From positions 200,406 to 264,405 of the forward strand of contig OZ244824.1 of assembly GCA_965220375.1 (NCBI GenBank): a DNA stretch of 64,000 nucleotides, read 5' to 3'. How positions within the stretch are numbered: the first letter of the stretch is position 1; every line of letters begins with the position of its first letter. Positions 58,005 to 64,000 of the stretch are shown in pieces. Made by a program: the position numbers and the translations under genes. This stretch comes from Dehalococcoidia bacterium. GTDB lineage: Bacteria; Chloroflexota; Dehalococcoidia; Lucifugimonadales; JAGWBF01. The notes below the pieces were generated by a model. That model saw only the letters and a list, made by a program, of their open reading frames with translations, made no database searches and was not told the DNA's origin.

Positions 58005-59192
58005 ATGGGAAGCATAAGCTCTCCCCTGGAAGGTATCAGGGTCCTGGATCTCGGGCGCCACCAAGCAGGCCCCCGGTGCGGCCAGGTGCTCGCCCGGCTG
58101 GGAGCGGAGGTCATCAAGATCGAGCGCTTGGGAGGCGAAGAGACCCGCACCCACGGCCCCTGGTCCAACGGCCAGAGCGCCTACTTCGTACAGTACAACA
58201 GCGGGAAGAAAAGCTTGTGCATGGACCTGCGCAAGGACAAGGCCAAGGATATCCTGACCGACCTGGTCAAGATATCCGACGTGCTCATACAGAATTTCCG
58301 GCCAGGCACCATCGAAAAGATGGGCTTCGGTTACGACGTCCTTCACGAGTTGAATCCGAAGATAATCATGGTGAATGTCTCGGCTTACGGCCAGTTCGGC
58401 CCCTACCGGGACAAGATCGGCTACGACCCCATAGGCCAGGCGATGTCTGGCATCATGATGGTTACCGGGGAAGAGGACATGCCTCCCATCCGCGCCGGCG
58501 TACCAATCATAGACCGCACAACAGCCCTGCACGCAGCCATCGGCACACTGGCCGCCTTGCATGAGCGGGAGATCTCGGGAGAGGGACAGTCCCTGGACCT
58601 GTGCCTCGCCGACACAGGCTACAGCTACACGGAGATACCCATAACCGCCTACACCGGGGGCGGAGGTCTGCCGAAACGGGGAGACAGCGTGGGGGCAGCC
58701 CCCAGCGGCGCCTACCCCTGCAAGAACGGGTGGATTCTCGTCTCAGCCGGCGACCAGCACCAGTGGCCCAGGGTGTGCAGCGCCCTGGGCAGACCCGAGT
58801 GGGAGGAGGATGAGCGTTTCACCGAAAGGCACATCCGGTCCCAGCACTCGGACTTGATCAACCTGGCGATGAGGGAGCTCTTGGCCACCATGACCATGGT
58901 GGAAGGCGTTGAGCACTTCACCCGGCACGACGTCACCGCGGCGCCCGTCAACGACATTCCCAACGCCGCCGCCGACCCCCATCCCTGGGAACGCCGGGCG
59001 CTGGTGGAAGTGGACGACCCTATTGCAGGGAAAATCAACGTTTCGGGAGACTACTGGCACTTCAGCAGGACCCCTGCGGTTGTCGGTTCCACTCCCATGC
59101 CGGGAGAGCAGACCGACGAGCTTCTGTCCGGCCTCCTTGACCTGTCAGTAGAGGAGATAGACGACCTCAAGCAGCAGGGGGTTGTGGGCTAG
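58005..59192 (+). CDS. family III CoA-transferase (CaiB/BaiF type)
   Basis: From the internal Met: MGSISSPLEGIRVLDLGRHQAGPRCGQVLARLGAEVIKIE, SAYFVQYNSGKKS, QNFRPG. The catalytic Asp region is present. Confidence 0.85.
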   Translation: MGSISSPLEGIRVLDLGRHQAGPRCGQVLARLGAEVIKIERLGGEETRTHGPWSNGQSAYFVQYNSGKKSLCMDLRKDKAKDILTDLVKISDVLIQNFRPGTIEKMGFGYDVLHELNPKIIMVNVSAYGQFGPYRDKIGYDPIGQAMSGIMMVTGEEDMPPIRAGVPIIDRTTALHAAIGTLAALHEREISGEGQSLDLCLADTGYSYTEIPITAYTGGGGLPKRGDSVGAAPSGAYPCKNGWILVSAGDQHQWPRVCSALGRPEWEEDERFTERHIRSQHSDLINLAMRELLATMTMVEGVEHFTRHDVTAAPVNDIPNAAADPHPWERRALVEVDDPIAGKINVSGDYWHFSRTPAVVGSTPMPGEQTDELLSGLLDLSVEEIDDLKQQGVVG

Positions 59193-59204
59193 GCGGTCCC
59201 GTTA

Positions 59205-59813
59205 ATGGCAACCAGCTACTGCACCAACTGCGGACAGGCCCTGGTTCCCGGCAATCCGTTCTGCAGTGGATGCGGCGCCCAAGTAGTAGCCTCCCCTCGC
59301 AGAAGTGGAGTCGCAGGACCCCAGTGCCATTACTGCCATGCCGAGATCGACCCCTCCCAACCCATTTGCCCCGCCTGCGGGCAGGTGATAGGCGCCCCTG
59401 CCGGGGTAAAGCTGGCCGATCTGGGCCGCCGTCTTGGGGCCTATGTACTTGACATCGTGCTCGTTTTTCTGACCCTGTTTGTCGGTTACATCATCTGGTG
59501 GCTCTTCACCCTGCAATGGGGGCAGACGCCGGGCAAGCAGCTCCTTGGCATTCGAGTCATCAGGATCGACGGCACACCATCAGGCTGGGGATGGACCTTC
59601 ATCCGGGAGTTGGTCATCAAGGTCTTGGGAATCGGCGCATTGAATGCCCTCATTAGCCTGGTAATTCCCTTCCCCATCTTTACATTCCTGGACCCCATGT
59701 GGGCCATCTGGGACAGAGACAGGCAGGCCCTCCACGACAAGGTGATGAAAACAATCGTAGTGGACGATAGAGATCTCAGGATCACAGTCCAGACACAACC
59801 TGCGCCCTTCTAA
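59205..59813 (+). CDS. zinc-ribbon plus RDD-family membrane protein
   Basis: 202 aa with two CxxC..CxxC ribbons (YCTNCGQ..FCSGCG; HYCHAEI..ICPACG), followed by an RDD-type membrane domain (RRLGAYVLDIVLVFL .. WDRDRQALHDKV). Confidence 0.7.
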   Translation: MATSYCTNCGQALVPGNPFCSGCGAQVVASPRRSGVAGPQCHYCHAEIDPSQPICPACGQVIGAPAGVKLADLGRRLGAYVLDIVLVFLTLFVGYIIWWLFTLQWGQTPGKQLLGIRVIRIDGTPSGWGWTFIRELVIKVLGIGALNALISLVIPFPIFTFLDPMWAIWDRDRQALHDKVMKTIVVDDRDLRITVQTQPAPF

Positions 59814-59835
59814 CATTCCCGGCATAGGAGTTGAG

Positions 59836-61041
59836 ATGTACAACCTGCTCCTCAGAGGCGGCACACTCATAGACGCAGCCCAAGGCTACACGGACAAGAA
59901 CGCCAGCTACGACGTCGCTGTCCAGGACGGGCGCATCGCCGCCATTGCTCCCAACATACTGCCTGAGGAAGCTACCAAGGTCGTGGATATTCCAGGGAAG
60001 ATGGTAACTCCCGGTCTCATCGACCTGCACACCCATGTGTTCGACGGCATCGCCAGCAACGGTGTAAACCCGGACCTAGGGGGCGTGCGGGCCGGCGTCA
60101 CCACCCTGGTGGATGCCGGCAGCTCAGGCAGCGCAACCTTCGGGGGCTTTCCCAGACACATCATTCCCAACTCCCACACCGAGATCCTCCCCTTCCTTCA
60201 TATCGCCCAGACGGGTCTCGCCACCACCCCGGACATCATCACCGAGGGGAGCATCGACTACGAGGGCACTCTTCGGGTGTTGGACCAGCATCGTGGGCTG
60301 ATCCGGGGAATCAAGGCCCGCATGGTATCCCCCGCCCTGGAGATATTTGGCATGGAGATGCCCAGGCTGGCAAAGCGGGCGGCTAAAGAGTTCGGCCTGC
60401 AGCTTATGGTGCACATCGGCGACACCGAGAAACGCTATGATGGCAACGTCATCCGAGAGCTGCTGCCCATCCTCGAAGAGGGCGATATAGTGACCCACTA
60501 CTTCACTGCCAACCCCGGCGGGGTACTGGATGCCAACGGCAAGCTGGTCCCCGAAGCTCGCGATGCGGTGGACCGGGGCGTATGGTTGGACACCGCCCAC
60601 GGCAGGATGAACTTCAGCTTTAATGTGGGTCAACGGTGCTTGGACCAGGGCCTAATGCCCCACTGCATCAGCACCGACCTGACAGTGCCGGGCCGCTTGA
60701 GGACGGTGCACAGCATGACGGAGATGATGACCCGCTTCCTGGGGCTGGGATTCACCCTGGAGCAGGTAATCACCATGTGCACAACCAATCCTGCAAAGGC
60801 CATCGGCGAGGCAGATCGCCTGGGAGCACTGGAAGTGGGAAGACAGGCGGACATCTCCGTCCTGGAGATAGTAGATGGCGACTGGATGGTCTATGATGTG
60901 CTGGGAGACTCGCTGCGGGTCGATAAGGCAGTGGTGCCGGCGCTGACCGTCAAGGACGGCAGGATGTTCGAGCCTGACTGGGGACCACGTCCCTGGGGAT
61001 GGCTGCCCGACGCCACCGATGATGCAAGGAGGACGGGGTGA
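59836..61041 (+). CDS. amidohydrolase / deacylase family metallohydrolase
   Basis: 401 aa. Motifs: LLRGGTLID, PGLIDLHTHVF (HxH), VHIGD, and a C-terminal GALEVGRQADISVLE. Confidence 0.75.
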   Translation: MYNLLLRGGTLIDAAQGYTDKNASYDVAVQDGRIAAIAPNILPEEATKVVDIPGKMVTPGLIDLHTHVFDGIASNGVNPDLGGVRAGVTTLVDAGSSGSATFGGFPRHIIPNSHTEILPFLHIAQTGLATTPDIITEGSIDYEGTLRVLDQHRGLIRGIKARMVSPALEIFGMEMPRLAKRAAKEFGLQLMVHIGDTEKRYDGNVIRELLPILEEGDIVTHYFTANPGGVLDANGKLVPEARDAVDRGVWLDTAHGRMNFSFNVGQRCLDQGLMPHCISTDLTVPGRLRTVHSMTEMMTRFLGLGFTLEQVITMCTTNPAKAIGEADRLGALEVGRQADISVLEIVDGDWMVYDVLGDSLRVDKAVVPALTVKDGRMFEPDWGPRPWGWLPDATDDARRTG

Positions 61042-62069
61042 AGTTCGGCAACTTTCTGTTCCCTGAAAGCCCTTCCAAGGATACGGACCACAGGCTGGTC
61101 TCCGAGGCCTTGGAGGAAGCCCAGCTTACCGACCAGCTCGGACTGGATGCGGTCTGGCTGGCGGAGCACCACTTCGACGGGGGATGCGTCTACGTGGACC
61201 CCACAACCTTCGCCTCCGCCATCGCGGTGACCACACAGCAAGTGAAGATCGGATTTGCCGTGGCCCAGACAGCCCTCCATCATCCCGTCAGGCTGGCGGA
61301 GCAGGTCGCCCTCCTGGACGTCCTGAGCCATGGGCGCATGATCGTGGGCCTTGGCAGGGGGACGGCCTACAACTGGTACGAATACAGAGGCTATGGCATA
61401 GACCCCCAGGAGGCCTACGAACGTCTGGACGAGACGGAAGAGATACTCTTCAGGATCTGGACGGCCAGCGATTATGAGCACATCGGGAAGTACTACCAGT
61501 TCAAGCTCCCGGAGCTGCGTCCCGGGGTTGTACAGCAGCCATATCCGCCCGTCATCAGGGGGGCATCAACCCTGGAATCGACCATGGAGATGGCTAGGCG
61601 GGGCAGGCCATTCCTGATGAACGTGCAGAACGTGGGAACCACAACCCAACGGCTGACAGCCTATAGAGACACCATGGCAGAGGCGGGTTTCGACGAGGAG
61701 GCCATTGACACGGCCGTGGACAACTGCTGGGTGTGGAGAAACGTTGTCGTGGCAGATACCGACGCCGAAGCTGAGCAGATCGGAGTGCCTGCCTTCCTGA
61801 CGATGCGGGCCAACCTGTCCGCAGCCCGGGAGAGGCTCAACCTGCCCACGGAAAGCATGCCGGCCACAGGGGCGGCCAGGGACTCGGTGGACCAGGGACT
61901 GATATGCGGCTCCCCCGAAACAGTGGCCGAGAAGATGGAGCAGGTGGTAAGCACGGGTGCCGGCGGGGTGATTATCCATTTCCGCCTTGGGCCGCTGCCA
62001 TGGGATGTGAATGCCCACAGCCTGGAGCTGTTCGCCAACAAGGTGGTCCCCCAGCTTCGCGGCGCCTGA
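61038..62069 (+). CDS. LLM-class (luciferase-like) flavin-dependent oxidoreductase
   Basis: 343 aa. It begins MKFGNFLFPES.. and has LGLDAVWLAEHHF and GRMIVGLGRG. The start overlaps the upstream stop. Confidence 0.8.
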   Translation: MKFGNFLFPESPSKDTDHRLVSEALEEAQLTDQLGLDAVWLAEHHFDGGCVYVDPTTFASAIAVTTQQVKIGFAVAQTALHHPVRLAEQVALLDVLSHGRMIVGLGRGTAYNWYEYRGYGIDPQEAYERLDETEEILFRIWTASDYEHIGKYYQFKLPELRPGVVQQPYPPVIRGASTLESTMEMARRGRPFLMNVQNVGTTTQRLTAYRDTMAEAGFDEEAIDTAVDNCWVWRNVVVADTDAEAEQIGVPAFLTMRANLSAARERLNLPTESMPATGAARDSVDQGLICGSPETVAEKMEQVVSTGAGGVIIHFRLGPLPWDVNAHSLELFANKVVPQLRGA

Positions 62070-62260
62070 GCCGTTCCATTACGGCCACCAAGCCGGTCCC
62101 TCGCCTTAGCCCCCTTCTTGAGGGGAAAGTTCGCACAAACCTCCGTCATTGTGGCCTCACTGGCATCCGGGGACATCACCCTAACCCCAACCCCTCTCCC
62201 GCAACGGGACACTTGCTCAACGCCCCGGACAAAACATGACGCTGTGGCGAGAAGGGCAAT

Positions 62261-62870
62261 ATCCAACAACTACGGCTGGCCGTTCGCCTTGAAGGAAATC
62301 CAAGGCCTGGGCTGGCCGTTCGCTCCAACTAGGGCTGGCCGTTCGCCCTGAGGAAATCCAAGGGCCTGTGCTGACCGTTCGCTCCAACTACCGCTGGCCG
62401 TTCGCTCCAACTAGGGCTGGTCGTTCGCCCTGAGGAAAATCCAAGGCCCTGGGCTGACCGTTCGCCCCAACTACGGCTAGCCGTTCGCCCTGAGGAAATC
62501 CAAGGGCCTGTGCTGGCCGTTCGCTCCAACTAGGGCTGACCGTTCGCCCCAACCTGGGCTGGCCGTTCGCCTTGAAGGAAATCCAAGGCCTGGGCTGGCC
62601 GTTCGCTCCAACTAGGGCTGGCCGTTCGCCCTGAGGAAATCCAAGGGCCTGTGCTGACCGTTCGCTCCAACTACCGCTGGCCGTTCGCTCCAACTAGGGC
62701 TGGTCGTTCGCCCTGAGGAAAATCCAAGGCCCTGGGCTGACCGTTCGCCCCAACTACGGCTAGCCGTTCGCCCTGAGGAAATCCAAGGGCCTGTGCTGGC
62801 CGTTCGCTCCAACTAGGGCTGACCGTTCGCCCTGAGGAAACTTGAAGGGGAACGGCCAGCCCAGGGCCCA
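62261..62870. repeat. tandem array of 20 direct REP-like half-units (core GCTGRCCGTTCGC) with two alternating spacer classes, closed by a single inverted arm GAACGGCCAGC; contains a perfect 283-bp duplication
   Basis: Parsed by hand. Long units are core plus CTGAGGAAATCCAAGGGCCTG-type (~37 nt). Short units are core plus CCAACTAGG-type (~23 nt). The order is L S L S S L S L S S, repeated twice. The array lies between convergent genes. Confidence 0.9.
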
Positions 62871-62922
62871 GGTTATTCTAAGGTTTCCAAGAAGAGATGG
62901 GGGCTGCGATGGCGGAGGAACA

Positions 62923-63867
62923 TTAGCTCCCCTTCTTCCGTCCAGAGGCCTTGAGCTTTCGCAGCAGCATCGACATTCGGCGGCGGGCTGAAGGCCTCCT
63001 TCGCCGAAGGTTCGCCGCCACAGATGGCACTACCAGCGAGTCCCCGGCCAGCACGGGAAGGCCCCATTTGCGCAGCTCCTTGAAGGTGGGGGCGCCCCCC
63101 CCTTCCCAGCCTGTCACCAGAGCGGGCGGCTCCTGCCAGGTGCGGCGGCCCCTGGGCCTGACCATGGCCCGGCCACCTGCCTCGGGCACGATTAGCATCC
63201 CGGCTGCTACATCCCACAGCTTGGGGCCGCCAAAGAGGGCGTACTGCAGCGACCCCAAGGCTACCAAGGCCATCTCGTAGGCTATGCTTCCTGTTACGCG
63301 AGGCTCGCCCGCTCTCTTGTGAAGCCCTCCGGTGAATCGGAAGCCCTGCCCAAAGGATCCCGGCAGGCCGCTGAGACGGTTGGGGTTGGGCCCCTCGCGC
63401 GAGCTTATCGTCAAGGGCTCTCCGTCGATCCGGCATCCCCCGCCTCTATGCGCATGAAGGACAACCCCACCGGACGCGTTGGGCCACGGTACGAAGATGG
63501 ACGAGGCCACGGGAACACCCTTGTGCAGGACCGCAATGGAGACGGCATATACGGGCAGCCCGTTCAGGAAATTGGTGGTGCCGTCCAGGGGGTCCAGCAC
63601 CCAAAGATAGTCGGAGGACACAGCATCGTCCCCGTCCGTGTCCTCCTCGCCCAGCACCGCATGATCAGGGAAGCTGGAGGAGATTCCTTCCTTGAGAAGC
63701 TGCTGGCTGTCCTTGTCCGCAGAGGTTACGGGGTCCAGCTCTTTGGCCTTGTCCTTGTACTCCACATCCTGGACCTTCCCGAAGCGCTCCCGGAGCAGGG
63801 CGCCTGCCTTCCTCGCCAGCTCCGCGGAGGCGGCCTCCAGCCGTTGCAGAAGGGAGTGATCGTCCAT
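62923..63867 (-). CDS. inositol monophosphatase family protein with basic C-terminal extension
   Basis: 314 aa. Motifs: DPVTSADKDS, AVLGEE, WVLDPLDGTTNF and WDVAAG. The last ~35 aa (LRRRRPSARRRMSMLLRKLKASGRKKGS) extend beyond the usual fold. Confidence 0.8.
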   Translation of the reverse strand: MDDHSLLQRLEAASAELARKAGALLRERFGKVQDVEYKDKAKELDPVTSADKDSQQLLKEGISSSFPDHAVLGEEDTDGDDAVSSDYLWVLDPLDGTTNFLNGLPVYAVSIAVLHKGVPVASSIFVPWPNASGGVVLHAHRGGGCRIDGEPLTISSREGPNPNRLSGLPGSFGQGFRFTGGLHKRAGEPRVTGSIAYEMALVALGSLQYALFGGPKLWDVAAGMLIVPEAGGRAMVRPRGRRTWQEPPALVTGWEGGGAPTFKELRKWGLPVLAGDSLVVPSVAANLRRRRPSARRRMSMLLRKLKASGRKKGS

Positions 63868-63877
63868 GCCGGGGAGC

Positions 63878-64000
63878 TTAGGTCTCTGCGGCTGTACGTA
63901 GGTCGGCGCGAAAGTCGTCGGGGCTGGGTCCCCGGTCTATGATCACATCGATAATAGCAGGCAGACCCGAGGCTTGGGCCTCCCTCAGTACGCCGGGCAG
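63878..64000 (-). CDS. C-terminal fragment of a thiamine-diphosphate-dependent enzyme (acetolactate-synthase-like); 5' part beyond window
   Basis: The reverse-strand translation ..LPGVLREAQASGLPAIIDVIIDRGPSPDDFRADLRTAAET* resembles the C-terminal end of TPP enzymes (PxLIDVxID). The fragment is short, so confidence is low. Confidence 0.4.
   Translation of the reverse strand: MPGVLREAQASGLPAIIDVIIDRGPSPDDFRADLRTAAET

Noticed and set aside
62329-62812. Reverse-strand ORFs inside the repeat array (two identical 66-aa ORFs at 62329-62529 and 62612-62812, and a 101-aa ORF at 62388-62693).
   Set aside because: They are translations of the tandem repeat: periodic, low-complexity ...ERTAS..GRTAS..ANGQP.. 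peptides. They are identical only because of the 283-bp duplication. There is no ribosome-binding context and no homology.
62261-62870. Possibility that the array is a CRISPR locus.
   Set aside because: The repeat core is only 13-14 nt. The 'spacers' fall into just two recurring sequence classes (~10 and ~23 nt) rather than being unique. There is no leader, and no cas genes occur anywhere in the window.

Overview
High-GC (about 60% by eye) bacterial chromosomal window, densely coding on both strands. The gene content is paralog-rich in amidohydrolases and hydantoinases, with a family III CoA-transferase, an LLM oxidoreductase and futalosine-pathway menaquinone genes. This suggests a Chloroflexota (SAR202/Dehalococcoidia-like) organism, but that is inference only. 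About 55 protein genes are supported. Housekeeping genes: fabF, recJ, nfi, prfB (with its +1 frameshift site), ribD-ribE-ribBA, dcd, an ECF sigma/ZAS anti-sigma pair, mqnE-mqnA-mqnC plus mqnD, smpB, ctp, rpsO-pnp, dapB-asd-ALDH-dapA, purA, prs-secA and valS. Two catabolic clusters lie at 21-28 kb and 55.6-62 kb. A five-gene partner-switching signalling operon lies at 39.2-44.7 kb, followed by a LonC-type protease. No rRNA, tRNA, tmRNA or CRISPR was found. The most interesting content is non-coding and mobile. (1) A dispersed REP-like palindromic family (core GCTGNCCGTTCGCC ... GAACGGNCAGC) occurs at 17.3/18.5, 28.07, 47.4-47.6 and 62.26-62.87 kb. At 62.3 kb its left arm is amplified into 20 direct copies closed by a single inverted arm, and the array contains a perfect 283-bp duplication. 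(2) An IS110-family element (17325-18527) sits exactly in the loop of one of these palindromes. Its 237-nt ORF-free 5' region has guide-like matches to both flanks, consistent with a bridge-RNA-type recombinase targeting this repeat family. Other items: an IS481-like element next to purA, a low-GC orphan gene with a PD-(D/E)xK-like motif (24.9-25.7 kb), a B12-radical SAM enzyme with a repeated C-terminal extension next to fabF, an apparent CTG start for rpsO, and basic disordered tails on several housekeeping enzymes.
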